Shown here: positions 13,641 to 32,320 of the stretch, in pieces
Layout: each line of letters begins with the position of its first letter
Numbering within the stretch: position 1 is the stretch's first letter
Origin: the human T2T-CHM13v2.0 reference genome, Homo sapiens
DNA: 64,000 bases
Direction: 5' to 3' (one strand)
Assembly (NCBI RefSeq): GCF_009914755.1
Contig: NC_060934.1
Program-made: the position numbers and the translations under genes
The notes under the pieces: generated by a model
Databases searched by the model: none
Seen by the model: only the letters and a program-made list of their open reading frames with translations
Told to the model about the DNA's origin: nothing

Positions 13641-15334
13641 CGCAGCTCAGTTCCTAGGTCTAAAGTCCTAGGAACTTTAAGAGAGGGCAGGGAGAAACGT
13701 GTACGGGCACAAAGTGCCCCAGGCCAGAAGGAATCTGATGCCGATATTGGAAAAACTCGTGTGTGTGCAGATGGCGCCCTGAAGTTAGAATTCGTCCCTG
13801 CCCCAGCTTCAAGCTCCACTAAGAAGGCTACGTAACAGGTTTGAAGCTGAGACTCAGAGGCTTCCACCATTTGCCCAAAGTCCCGCAGTCTGCCCAGGCC
13901 TGGGCCAGAGGACAGCAATTCCTCAAGGACGAAAACAAACTGCAAGGCGGATCACAGCTGGGGGAGATTCTCCTGCACCTGCTGTCTCCCTTGGGAAAAA
14001 CAGCCAGTTGGGTCTGGAAAGGATAAATAGGTTCAGCTTTTGACCTTCACATTGTTTTTCCCTCATTTGGTTAATTCATAAAATATGTGTAGTGGATCCT
14101 CGGTGGGGGGCAGGCCCTGCACCTGGTGCTGGGGGTCAACGTGAACAGTGACCAGGGCCCTGTTCAGCCCAGCGCAGGGCACAGGCAGGTTCTGAGTCCG
14201 GATCATGGCGATGAGGGCGGGGCTTCAGGCCTGGTCAGAACCACTAGCGCCGGCTCTGCAGGGCTTCGACTGCTAAGGTGCCAACACCTACACTGCAGCT
14301 GGCTCCTTGACATCCCTATGCTTCTATGCTTTTGTTTTCATCATATGTGTGTCAGGAGATTTAAATGAATTCATATATACTGATAAAATAATATGCTAGC
14401 ATTGTGCATGGGCACATATGAAGTGTATTTATAGAGACTGGTAATCCCACCTTCTAGACCCTGCAGTGGGCGAATAGTGGTGGGGCTGGGATTTGAACCC
14501 TGGGGGTCAGGCTCCAGAGTCAGGACCTTTGGCCTCTCTCAGCTCTGCTTTAGCCCAGCCTCTCCATGCCACTAGGAGCCAGAGATGGGGCAGAGGAAGG
14601 TGTCCCAGAGGGTTGCGCTGCACCTGGCCCTTGGCCACAGCAGCCGTGTTCGAGGAGATGGGCAGCATGAGATGGGGAGTGGGGGCTGCGTCCCTTGGCG
14701 TAGGTGTGCAGCTAGAATTCTCAATCTGCTCTTCCCCAGCATGGAACTTGAGCAAACGTCTGAATATCTGACCTCCCAGTCTCCTCACATGTTAAATAGG
14801 CATGATGGTGCCCACCCTGGAAGGCCGTTGCCAAGGTGACGAAGTGTGAAACTCCAAGGCTGGAGGAGTGCCTGGCAGGTGGCAAGTGCTCCATGAGTTC
14901 CCATCCAACTGTTCACTTCCTCATCCCGGCATCTTGCCTCCCCATCCACCACAGTGCACTGGTTCTTCATGGATCATTGTTGCTCACTTCTTTTGCCCAG
15001 AAAATAGCTTCAGAGTTCCCTCCCCTCTCTTTCTCTCTTCTTCCTTTACTCATTCCCCCTTCCCCTATCTCTTTCTCAGTAACCTTTGCAGGTTTCTCCA
15101 ATTCTGTCCATTCCCTAAACACTGGGGTTTCTCTGCGTTCCACCCTTGGTCATCTTCTCTGGTCCCACCCTTCATACTGTCCCTTTGTAAGCCGCACATC
15201 CATCTTCTGACAGCTCCAAATTCTATGTGCTCAGCCCTGATCATCCTCCTGAGCTCCTGACCCATATTTCCAGTGATCACTGCTACTCCAACATCCTATT
15301 GGTACGCGTCTAAATTCAGACCCTCTTTCACCCC

Positions 15335-15894
15335 TGTATTAGTCAAGGCTCTCCACAGAAAGAACCAATAGGAGATAGATAGATCTATGGATAGATGAGA
15401 GGGGATTTATTAGGGGAATTGACTCATGTGATTAGGAGGACAGGCTGTATGCAAGCTGGAGACTCTGGAATGTCAGTAGCAGTAGCGTGGCTCAGTCCAA
15501 GTCCAAAGGCCTCAGAACCAGGGAAGCTGATGGTGTCACTCTCAGTCAGAGGCTGAAGGCCTGAGAACCCAGGGGGCACTGGTGCAAGTCCTGGAGACCA
15601 AGGCCAGAGAACCTGGAGTTCTGAGGTTCAAGGGCTGGAGAAGAATGGCATCCTTGCCCTGGAAAAGAGAGAGAGAATTCTTTACTCTGCCTTTTTGTTC
15701 TATTTGGGCACTTAGCTGATTGGATGGTGTCCATCCACACTGGGTGAGGGTGGGTCTTCTTTACCCAGTCCACTAATCCAAACATCGGTATTTTCTGGAA
15801 ACACCCTCACAGACATTTCCAGAAGTAATGCTTTACCAGCCATGTGTGTGTGTCTCCTAAACCGTCAAGCTGACACGTAAAACTGACCATCACA
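15335..15894 (-). mobile_element. MLT2-type (ERVL) solo LTR
   Basis: tgtattagtcaaggctctcc..gaaccaataggagatagatag...aaactgaccatcaca. Confidence 0.8.
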
Positions 15895-17799
15895 ATCCCC
15901 ACACTGCATTTCCCCAGGACCCCAGTCTCCCCAGTGCTAGCCTTTGTATCCTTTCCATTGTTGGCAAAGTGGTCTTTCTAACAAGACTAAGTCCTATGGC
16001 ATTTCTCTGCCTAGAGGCCTTCCCAAGAGCTCCCTAGATCCAGTCCCAAACTCCTCATGAGGCCGCAGGCCTCTGTATCCGGCCACTGTATCCATTGTTG
16101 CCTCTTTCTTGTCCCTCTGCCACCTGCTCCACATTTCCTGACTACAGCTGCTCCTTCACCTCTATGCTTGTTCAAGAGCTGCCTGAAAATGATCCTTCTC
16201 CTCGTTGTGCACTACACAAACTAGTTTTCATTCATCTGGATTCAGATGTAAGATGATTTTCTCTGTGAAGCCTCCCATCTTATATCTGGAAAGAAATGAA
16301 CACTGGTAGGGGTATGAATTTCATTGAGAGATTGGGACGTCCTTGTGGGTAGAGGCCATGTCTTATTCATCTTTGTGTCTCATTCCTCCCCTGTTACTTT
16401 TTTAACAGACGAAGGAACATTTATTTTGCATATAAGGAAACTGAAGTGCAGGAAACAAATGTCACAAACTCAAGGTCATGTTACTAAAAAGAGTCTCTGC
16501 TGCTGTGGGTCCTGGACCTCTTCTTCACTCTAGTTCTTTCAAATTACAAAAAAAGGAAGGTGCCTTAGTCCAGGGCCTGCCCGTGCTGGACATAACATGG
16601 CTAGATTCTCCCAACCCTCTGGGAGGCTGCAGCAGTGGCACAGGCTGGCTTCAGGGCAGGCAACAGGACAGTCATACGGGGCCCTTCTGAGAAGGGCCCC
16701 ACACTAGGTTTAACATTCTGCTGTGACCAACTCGAAATTCTTTCTAATTTTATTTTGAGCTTGTGATTTGTAAGTGAAGTCTGATGGGGCCTTTGCTGGA
16801 GCAGAGGAGGTAGGCTGGGCCTGCACAGCGGGCAGCAGGCTGGGCTGCCCAGTTCACAATGGTGACGCTGCAGTGTCTGGGCCTTAGGAGACAAGAGGGG
16901 CTCTGCATGCAGGCAGCACCAGGAGGCTTCCCTGACCTTTTCAATGTTCTGTTGTGTTGTGATTAGATAGCATCACCTTTTCCTCATTACATTTCATGAG
17001 TAATAAAATGCCTTCAAAGGATAATCTTTATAGCTTTTATTTGTAACTGCATTTATTTTCCTGCTTTTTGAACAAGGAGCCCTATTTTCACATTGCTCTG
17101 GGCCCCACAAATTATGTGGTCTTCCCTGTAGATGAGACGTGAAAGACAGTGAAGTATTTTAAATTAAAACACATAGGACTGAGCAGCTGGGAATTCAGAA
17201 GATAATATGAAATGCAGAGCGATTTGGCAGAGGTTAGATGGAATTAAGGAAGAGAAGTACAATTTAGGTGAGTGTGGCAAGGAAAAGCCGGTTCTATTCA
17301 ATAGTTATTGATACAATTTTAGCAGTAGTGATAGAGAAGGAAATCAATTTTAGAACTGCGGGGTCAGCAAACAGCCTATGAAGTGAAAGGAAAAATGAGT
17401 TTTAAAGAGACCCTACTGTGTGACCCAAGGTATGGCAAAATAGATTTTTCTGACTTGATTTGATTTAACTGAATGATGCCTAGAAGATAGAAAAAATGGG
17501 TTGTCAATAGCAAGAGATACTTTCAATAACAAGAGAAATTTGAAAAATAAAAAAGAATGGTGTTTCTTTTTTCAAAGACGTGTTGCTGACTAAAGAAATG
17601 GAGAGCTGAGGAAAGAAAAAAAATATTTTTTGCATGTTTGCCAAATATTTGAATATTTATTTCATCAAAGCATCTTAAAAGATTTCTAAGAATAGATACA
17701 GATAGATACAGATAAAGATACAAATATAAATATAGTTATACATACATGTCTGCACACACATATAAATATATAATTAAAAATAAATAAATCAAAGACATA

Positions 17800-18143
17800 C
17801 TGTCAGCTCTCTGTATCTATCAGTTCTGCATCTGTAGATTCAACCAACCGTGGATTAAAAATACTCAAGAAAACAAATTTTTCCTGGATCGAGCATGTAC
17901 AGACATTTGTTCTTGTTATTATTCTTTAAATCATATAGTGTAACAACTCTTTACATAGCGTTTACATTATATGAGGTATTATAAGTAATCTAGAGATGAT
18001 TTAAAGTGCACAGGAGGACATGCATAGGTTATGTGCAAATACTACGTCATTTTCTATCAGGGACTTGAGTATCTGCAGCTTTTGGGCTTTTGATATCCAT
18101 AGAAGTCCTGGAACTAATCCTCCATGGGTACTGAGGAATTACT
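17800..18143. mobile_element. MER2-like (Tigger family) DNA transposon
   Basis: ttctgcatctgtagattcaaccaaccgtgg...aggtattataagtaatctagagatgatttaaagt. Confidence 0.8.
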
Positions 18144-19429
18144 ATATTTAAAATTATAAATTTGATATATAAATATATAATTTATTTATAACATGTCTAC
18201 ATAGATAAATACATATAACTTTCTATATAAGTCACTATATAACATACATAAAATTAAGATTAACACATTGCCTCAGATGACACACAGAGCATGGACTTGA
18301 ACTTAGGAGTGTCTGGGTCTCAGTCTGGTGGATTTTCTCCCCCCTCATGCTGCTTCTCCTGCTCTTGTCTTTTTTGAATCCGACTTTGAAACTGCAAATT
18401 TTTTTAGACTGGATATACTCTTTTAGGACAGATTATTATAATATTTTGAAAAGTTTAAATAAACAGAAGATTTTAAATGTCACCTAATTTGTCTAAAGTA
18501 ACCACAATTTGAAATATTATTTTAAGAAATAAAATAGAGCTCAACTTCTCTTAAAAACTGAGAAGGCTCAGCCAAGATAATATGAGTTGTACCATCAGCC
18601 ACAAGGAAAAGAGAAAGAGAAGCTGTATGAATGGGCAAAAAAAGGAAGCGCTCACTGGAAAAGATAAGGGAAAGACAAAAACAAAATCATGATTGAGATT
18701 GAGGGAACTCTGCAGCTTGAGATGAAATGGGGCAGGCCTCCAGGGTACTCTGCTGAGATTTTGTAAGCATAGCACTACTCCCTGCTCTCTCTTCAAGGAT
18801 AAACGTCTTGAAAAAGATGTCTCAACAGGCAGTCTCCCTTTCTTTATCTCTACTTCACTGGTCAATTCGCTGCTATCTGGTTTTGTTCACAAAAAAAATC
18901 CACTGAAACTGCTCTTGTCAAGGTTTCCAACAATTCTCATATTGTTAAGTCCAATGGTCCATTTTTTTGCCCTCATCTTATTTCATGTGATAGCAGGATT
19001 TGACAGGGCTGGCTCCTCTGAGTTCTAGCAATATTCTCCTTTCCCAGCTTCTGGGATGCTGCACTCACACAGTTTTTCACTTACTTCTTATTTAGAATCT
19101 CTTCTTCTTTCTTCTGTTTCCACAAAAGATGCTGTCAGTTCCCATATCCATAATAATACCTGGGTGTCAATGATGCAGAATTGCAATTCCTTCATATCAA
19201 TAATCATGTTTTGCAATTATTTATTTATTTTTCTTCTTTTTTATCCTTAAAATGTCAGTTCCAATAGTCATATGACTTTGTAAATTTGGTCACTAAAAGG
19301 TGAAATAAACAGGTTCACATTCTGAAAATTAGTAAATTACAGAGCCAGAAATGGGTCATCTAACTTTCTAATTCCAGAGTTGTTGCTACTGTATGTCACT
19401 CTGCCTCTCATAAAACAACTATTAGAGGG

Positions 19430-22400
19430 GATTTCTGTGTCTGACCATAACAGAGTAACTTGAAGCAGACCAGCACTTCTGCCAGGAAAAGTTTAAAAAT
19501 CCAAATATAATACAAAATAGACAGATATTGAAGACATTAAAGGGATGCCAACATAGCTAGGAGTTAAGTGGCAAAAATCCCTGAGAGAAGGAAACCACAT
19601 AAAATAAGCTCAATACTTGGTGGTTTTCCCCTCAAGGTATTTGCCCAATGCTTAAACTGTACAAGTCAAGAGTGTAAGAAGCAAAGAAGAATCATTGAAT
19701 AATGGAGCAGAGTTTTAGCATTGCTATCAGACTGAAAAACCAAAAAAAAAAAAAAAAAAAATTAGAGTTCAGGACCCACCAAAGACGAGAACTTCTGAAA
19801 ACACCCAGGTCCTTGATTGGAACACACGTAAGGCTACCAAGGAATGGTGACAAAACAGAGGTAGACCCTAGCAAAGACTGCAACTGAGTCTCATAAAAGG
19901 TCTTCCCCAGTCACATTGAAGTATTTCACCTTAGAAGTATCTCATCCTACAGTAGTTGCCCACCTGAGGAAAGGGTGATTCATCATCTTTGGTAGAAGAT
20001 AACACTACTCAGAACATCCCTAATGTTTTATATTAAATGTTTTCTATTTAACCAAAATTGTTAGGGATATCAAAAGTTATGACCAATAGAAAAAATATAA
20101 TTGGTATACACCCAAAGAAGTTGAAAATATTAGAGCTAAACAACAACACATAGCTTTTCACATAATTGTGATTAATATATTCAAACAAGACAGATTAAAA
20201 GATGTAAAATGTAATCAGAGAACTGCAATTCTTATTTTAAAAAAGCTTAAGTGGAAAATCTAGAATATCAAAATAAAAAAATAATTTTAAGAACTTAATG
20301 GGATAAAAGCAGATTTGGTGAGGCTGAAGAGAATATTAGTGAACTAGAAGATAGATTAATAGAAAAATTCTAATAACACAGAGAAAACTAGATGAAAAAT
20401 ACAAAAAGGTACATAATAGACATATGAGACTCAATACAAAAGTTAAACCAGTGATTCATTGGCTGGCTTATGCCAGCTAATAAGAACTAACTGGTAATTT
20501 TCATGTATTTTTTGAGCTCCTTGTTAAATAGTTGGTAACTTGAACTCAGCATGAAGAGAAGAGAGGTAGCAAATGCCAGTTAACAGAACCATTTTATTTC
20601 CTTCAGAAAATTAGCTTATCACTAGGTCTAAAATGTGGGTAAGTGGAGTCACAGAAATAGAGGAAAGAGGGAATGAAACAGAAGTAAAATTTGAAAAGAT
20701 AATGGCCAAAATTTTTTAAATCAGATAAAAAACTTCTAGCCATAGATTTAAGTGCGTATAGTGCAGTAAACAACAATAAAACACACCTAGCCATATCATA
20801 GCAAATATGAAGGAAACCAAAGACAAAGATCTAAAAATCACCCAGCATGGAAAAAAAGATCTATCTGAAAAGAAGCAAAATTATGACAAATGACTTCTCC
20901 ATAGAAACAAAAGAAGGCCAAAAACTTGAAATGATAGCTGATATGGTTTAGCTGTGTCCCACCCAAATTTCATCTTGAATTGTAACTCCCACCATTCCCA
21001 CATGTCATGGGAGGAAACTGGTGGGAGGTAATTGAATCATGGGGGCAGGTCATTCCCATGCTGTTCTTGTAATAGTGAATAAGTCCTATGAGATCTTATG
21101 GTTTCGAAAATGGGAGTTTTTCTGCACAGGGTCTCTCTCTTTGCCTGCTGCCATCCATTTAAATGTGACTTGCTCCTCCTTGCCTTGCACCATGACTGTG
21201 AGGTTTCCCCAGCCACGTGGAAATGTAAGTCCATTAAACCTCTTTCTTTTGTAAATTGCCCAGTCTTGGGTATGTCTTTATCATCAGCATGAAAACGGAC
21301 AAATACAGAAGTTGATACCAGTAGAGTGAGGTGCTGCTGAAAAGATACTGGAAAGTGTGGAAGTGACTTTGGAACTGGGGTAACAGGCAGAGGTTGAAAC
21401 AGTTTGGAGGGCTCAGAAGAAGACAGGAAAATGTGGGAAAGTTTGAAACTTCCTAGAGACTTGTTGAATGGCTTTGGCCAAAATGCTGATAGCGATATGG
21501 ACAATAAAGTCCAGGCTGAGGTGGTCTCAGATGGAGATGAGAAACTTCTTGGGAACTGGAGAAGGGTGACTCTTGCTGTTTTAGCAAAGAGACTGGCAGC
21601 ATTTTGCCCTAGAGATTTGTGAAACTTTGAACTTGAGAGAGATGATTTAGGGTATCTGGCAGAAGAAATTGCTAAGCAACAAAGAAGAAATTTCAAAGCA
21701 TTCAAGGTGTGGCTGGGTGCTGTTAAAAGGCATTCAGTTTTAAAAGAGAAAGACAGCATAAAAGTTTGGGAAATTTGCAGCCTGACAATGTGATAGAAAA
21801 GAAAATCCCATGTTCTGAGGAGAAATTCAAGCTGGATGCAGAAATTTGCATAAGTAACGAGGAGCTGAATGTTGATCACCAACATAGACAATGGGGAAAA
21901 TGTCTCCAGGGCATGTCACAGGTCTTCATGGTAGCCCCTCCCATCACAAGCCTGGAGGCCTAGGAGGAAAAAGTGGTTTTGTGGGCCAGACCCAGAATTC
22001 CCATGCTGTGTGCAGCCTAGGGACTTGATGCCCCACATCCCAACTGCTCTAGTCATGGCTGAAAGGGGCCAAGGTACAGCTTGGGCTGTTGCTTCAGAGG
22101 GTGCAAGCCCCAAGTCTTGGCAGCTTCCACATGGTGTTGAGCCTCTGGGTGCACAGAAGTTAAGAATTGGAGTAGGAACCTCCTACTAGATTTCAGAGGA
22201 TGTATGGAAATGTTGGGATGTCCAGGCAGAAGTTTGTTGAAGGGGTGGGGCTCCCATGGAGAACTTCTGCTAGGGCAGTGCAGAAGGGAAATGTGGTGTC
22301 AGAGCCCCCACACAGAGTCGCTACAGGAGCACCACCTAGGGGAGCTGTGAGAAAAGAGGCACCATTCTCCAGACCCCAGAATAAAAGATTCACCAATGGC

Positions 22401-24000
22401 TTGCATGGTGCACCTGGAAAAGCCACAGACACTCAACATCAGTCTGTGAAAGCAGTTGAGAGGGAGGCTGTACCCTGCAAAGCCATGAGGTGGCGCTGCC
22501 CAAGACAATGGGAACCCACCTCTTGCATCAGTGTGACCTGGATGTGAGACATGGAGTCAAAGGAGATCATTTTGGAGCTTCAAGATTTGACTGCCCTGCC
22601 AGATTTTGGACTTGCATGGGACCTGTAGCCCCTTTGTTTTGGCCAGTGTCTCCCATTTGGAATGTCTGTATTTACCCGATGCCTGTACCCCATTGTATCT
22701 AGGAAGTAACTAATTTGCTTTTGATTTCAGAGGCTCATGGGCAGAAGGGACTTGCCTTGTCTCAGATAAGACTTTGGACTGTGGACTATTGAGTTAATGC
22801 TGAAATGAGTTGAGACTTTGGGGGACTGTTGGGAGGACATGATTGGTTTTGAAATCTGAAGATGTGGGATTTAGGAGGGGCCAGGGACAGAATGACATGG
22901 TTTGGCTGTGCCCCCACCCATATCTCATCTTGAATTTTAACTTTCACATGTGTCATGGGAGGAGCCTGGTGGGAGGTAATTGAATAATGGGGGCAGGTCT
23001 TTCCCATGCTGTTCTCATGATAGTGAATAAGTCTCATGAGATATGATGGTTTTAGAAACAGGAGTTTCCCTGAGCAAGCTCCTCTCTTTGCCTGCTGCCA
23101 TCCGTGTAAGATGTGACTTGCTCCTCCCTGCCTTCTTCTGTGATTGTGAGGCTTCCCCAGCCACGTGTAAGTCCATTAAACCTCTTTCTTTTGTTTATTG
23201 CCCACTCTCAGGTATGACTTTATCAACAGTGTGAAAATGAACTGATACAATAGATATAAAGTGCTAAAAAAAATAGAATTCTATAGCTATCAGAAGTATA
23301 CTCCAAAAATCAAGAGCTAAATAAAAATGTTTCTACTCAAACAAATACTTAAAGAATTCATCAATAGCAGACACCTTGTAAAGTAATAGCAAAGTCAGAA
23401 GTAAAATTATTCCACATGAGAACGTATAAAGTATAAAAACAATGTAAAGGATAGAAATATGGACAAATATAAATGAAAGTTGACTGTAAAACAACAAAAT
23501 GAATGATGAAAATCATGCAAAAAAGGCAAGAGGAGTATAAATGGAATAAAAGTGATCTGAATTCTAGCATTTCTGAAAGTGAATAAAATTAATAATTTAT
23601 CTGAGACTCTAATATATCAGAGATGTGTATGTTTCAATCTCTAGAATATTCACTAAAAGGATAGTGAACGTGTGTATATCTAAGAATTTAATAGAAGGAA
23701 ATTTTAAAAATAATAATTGTAATCTAATAAATTAGATTAATAATAATTTTAATCTGTAAGGAGATATGAAAAGAGAAAAGCATAAGCATAAACTAGGTAG
23801 AACAGATATAAATCATGTGATCAATATAAACTCAAATATATCCATAATGGCAATAAATACTGATGCTTTAATTAGTCCTTTTAAAAGATAAAGACTGCCA
23901 TGTTGGTTTTTTAACAAAGTCTTTGTGCTGAAAAGATGAAATGCACCTTATATATAAGGACACCCAAATATTCAAAACAAAGGGTGGAAAAAGAAATTTC
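19430..24000 (+). mobile_element. Highly diverged L1M (5'/ORF1 region), split by THE1A
   Basis: A-rich L1M-like motifs (gaatattagtgaactagaagataga; aaacacacctagccatatcatagcaaa) on both sides of the THE1A element. Confidence 0.55.
20939..23249 (+). mobile_element. Full-length THE1A-type MaLR (LTR 20939-21307, internal, LTR 22893-23249)
   Basis: Two homologous tg...ca LTRs, a polypurine tract before the 3' LTR, and TSD atagc/ataga. Confidence 0.93.
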
Positions 24001-24004
24001 ATGT

Positions 24005-27000
24005 GGGAGTGACATCGTCAAGATGGCAGCATAAAAGATAATCTGTTCATACTCCTGACAACAACATGAACTCTCTACGTATTGACAGTCAAAAGTCTCT
24101 TTTTGGGAGCCTCAGGATTCAGGTAGGGGCTTGTGAAACACCTGGTAAAACCCAAGACATTGGAGAGTTATTTGAGAGTGCACACCAACACCCAAATGGC
24201 TGATCTGTTGAGCTTGCTCCTGTGTTCAAGTACAGAAATAACCCAGTCGTCCGGGAGCCTTGGTTACTGCTTTGTTTGGTCTTGAGCCTACAACCTAAAC
24301 CATCTGCCAAGAGATCTAGAAGGAATCACACACACACTAGTGCCTTGGCAGAAAGGCTTCTCTGCCTGCCTACATCAGTCTCAGCAGTGAACCTAAAAGC
24401 TGCCCTGTGGCTGGGATTCACCCCTGATCAGTTGAGCTCCCATCTCAGAAGTGGTTACACAAGAACCCAGGGGAAGACTCACCCATATCTCACAGCTCAG
24501 GAGTCTGAGCCTCCCTGATGGGCTTGCCCAACTCTGTCCCAGAGCAAATCCCAAGGGTGCCCAGCCTTAGCTCTTGTCCCTCTCGATGCTGTCAGAGAAC
24601 TATCTCCTCTGTACTGAGACCTGGTGGGAGAGCCATACCTGTCTGGGACAATGATGCTGGCTCTCTAGCCTCCATCTCACAGCAGATCCCAAGGGGACCC
24701 GGTCCCAGCTCTGATTTTTCCTGCTGCAATGAAAGAATGATCTCAACTATCCAGGGACTTGCTGGAAGATGCACATCCCTTTAAGTCAATGAGACCAGGC
24801 TCTTTAGCCTGTATCCCACAGCAGATCCCTAGACGGTCTAACAGACATCTAGAGAATATTTTACCCAACTGCTGCAGAATATACATTTTTCTCATCAGCA
24901 CATGGAACATTCTCCAAGATACACCATATCATAGGCCACAAAACAAGTGTCGCCAAATTCAAGAGTCAAAATTATATCATGTATCTTCTCTGACCACAAT
25001 AGAATGAACTAGAAGTCAACAGAAAGTAGAAATTTAGAAACTATACAAATACATGGAAATTAAAATGCTCCTGAATGACCAATGAAGAAAGTAAAGAAGG
25101 AAATTCTAAAAAGTATTAAAACAAATGAAATGGAAATACAATATATGAGAACCTATGGGATATAGCAAAAGCAGTACAAAGAGGGAAGTTTACATATAGC
25201 CTAAATAAAAAAATAGGAAGACTTCAAATAGCCTAACAATGAACCTGAAGAAACTAGAAAAGCAAGAACAAACCAAACCTAAAAATAGTAGAAGGAAAGA
25301 AACAATAAAGATCAGAGCAGAAATGAATAAAATTGAGGCTAAATACAGAAGATCAATAAAATGAAAAGGTTGTTTTTTGAAAAGATAAAAAAATGACAAA
25401 TCTTTAGCTGGGCTAAAAAAAGGGAAGATTCAAATAAAATCAGAGACAAAAAGGAACACATTACAACTGATATCACATAAATTATTAGAGACTACTAAGG
25501 ATTTTTGAGACTGCTATGAACAACTATTCACTAATAAGCTGGGAAAGCTAGAAGAAATTGGTAAATTCATTGACACATACAACCTACAAAGACTAAACCA
25601 TAAAGAAATAGAAAACCTGAACAGACCCATAATGAGTAACAAGATCAAAGCACTCAAAGTCTCTCATCGAAGAAAAGCCCAGGACCTGATGGATTCACTG
25701 TTGAATTGTACCAAATATCTAAAAAATAACATCAACTCTACTGAAACTATTTCAAATAATTGAAGAGGAGGTAATTGAAGAGGGGGGGATGCTTCCAGAG
25801 TCATTCTATGAGGCCAGCACTATCCTGATACCAAAAACATATAAAGTCACAACTAAAAAGATAAAACTACACACCAACATCCCTGGTGAACATTGCTGCA
25901 AAAATCCTCAACAAAATATTAGCAAACTGAATTCAACAACACATTAAAAAGATCATCCACCACAATCAAGTGGGATTCATCCCAGGGATGCAAGGATGGT
26001 TCAACATATGCAAATCAATAAGCATGATACATCAAATCAACAGAATGAAGGACCAAAAAAATGACTTATCTCAATGAATGCTGAAAAAGCATTTGATAAA
26101 ATTCAGTATGACTTCATGACAAAAAAAATTCTCAACAAATTGAGTATAGAAGGATCATACCTCAATATGACAAAGGCCTTATATAATAAACTCATAGCTA
26201 ATATTGTGATGAACAAGGAAAAATTGAAAGCAATTTCTCTAAGACCTGGAACCTGACAAGAATGCCCACTTTCACTACTGCTATTTTACATTGTTCTGGA
26301 AGTCCTCGCCAGAGCAATCATCAGGCAGTGGAAAGAAACAAGGGCATCCAAACAGGAAAGAAAGAAGTCAAATTAGCCTTGTCTGCAGAAGACATAATCT
26401 TATATTCAGAAAAACTTAAAGACTCCACCAAAAAACTCTCTTATAACTGATAAAAGAAGATTCAGTAGAGCTGCAGGATACAAAATCAACATACAAAACT
26501 CAGTAGCATTTTTCATTGCTGACAGTGATCTGTACAGGAAATCATAAAACAATGCCATTTAATATAGTCACAAAAAATAAAATACCTAGGAATAAATTTA
26601 ACCAAAGGAGTGAAAGATCTCTATAAGGAAACCAATAAAATATCAATGAAAGAAATTGAAGCAGACACAAAAAATGGAAAGATATCCCATGCTCATAGAT
26701 TGGAAGAATTAATATTGTTAATATGTCTATAATCTATATAGGTTACTCAAGGTGATCTATAGATTTAATGCAATTCCTATCAAAATACCAGAAATGCTCT
26801 TCACAGAAATAGAAAAACACAATTCTAAAATTCATATGGAACCACAGAAGACTCCAAATAGCTAAAGCAATTCTGAGAAAAACACACACACACACACACA
26901 CAAAACACAAAAAACAAAAACAAAGCTGGAGGCATCACAATACCTGATGTCAATTTATACTGCAAAAACATAGTAATTGAAACAGCATGGTAATGACTAA

Positions 27001-27745
27001 AAACAGATACATAGACAGATGGGACAGCATAGAGAACCCAGAGATAAAGCTACACACTTGCAGTCAACTTATTTTTGACAAAGCCAGCAAGAACATACAT
27101 TGGGTATAGGACAATCTCATTAATAAATTATGATGGGAAAACTGGATATCCATATGCAGAAGAATAAAACAATATCCCTATCTTTCACCATATACAAAAA
27201 TCAAATCAACATAAATTAAAGACTTACATCTAAGTCCTGAAACTATGAAGGTACTGGAAGAAAATACAGGGGAAAAGCTTCAAGACATCAGTCTGGGCAA
27301 GGACTTTTTGTGTAAGACCTCAAATGCACAGGCAACAAAAGCGAAAGTAGGCAAACGGGATTATATCAAGCTTAAAACTTTCTGCACAGCAAAGAAAACA
27401 ATCAACAAAGTGAAGAGTTAACCTACAGAATGGGAGAACATATTTGCAAACTATCCATCCAATAAGAGATTAATAACTTGAATATATAAGGAATTCAAAC
27501 AACTCAATAGCAAAAAGACAATCTGATTTAAAAATGGGCAAAAGACCTGAATAGACATTTCTCAAAAGAAGATGGACACATGGCCAACAAGTGTATGAAA
27601 AAGTGCTCAACGTCACTAATTATCAAGAAAATGCAAATCAAAGCCACAATGAGATATCACTCCACCCTAATTAGAATGGCTATTATCAAAAAGACCAATA
27701 ATAATAATAACAAGTGCTGGCAAGGTTGTAGAGAAAGGAGAACTT
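24005..27745 (+). mobile_element. Old L1 (L1MA/L1PB-age) with 5'UTR joined directly to ORF2; 3' end missing
   Basis: caagatggc start, then a jump at ~24835 into ORF2. Decayed ORF2 peptides ([10 protein letters not shown]; [10 protein letters not shown]). Confidence 0.85.

Positions 27746-32320
<4,575 letters not shown>

Noticed and set aside
16750-16884. Minus-strand ctcctaag|..IVNWAA..YLL..RLHLQ* resembling the PHF24 C-terminus
   Set aside because: 41461-41561 matches better (AAKP..TPG) and is colinear with the other exons. Likely chance.
21037-21891. 284-aa minus-strand ORF
   Set aside because: Antisense to the THE1A LTR/internal sequence; no gene features.
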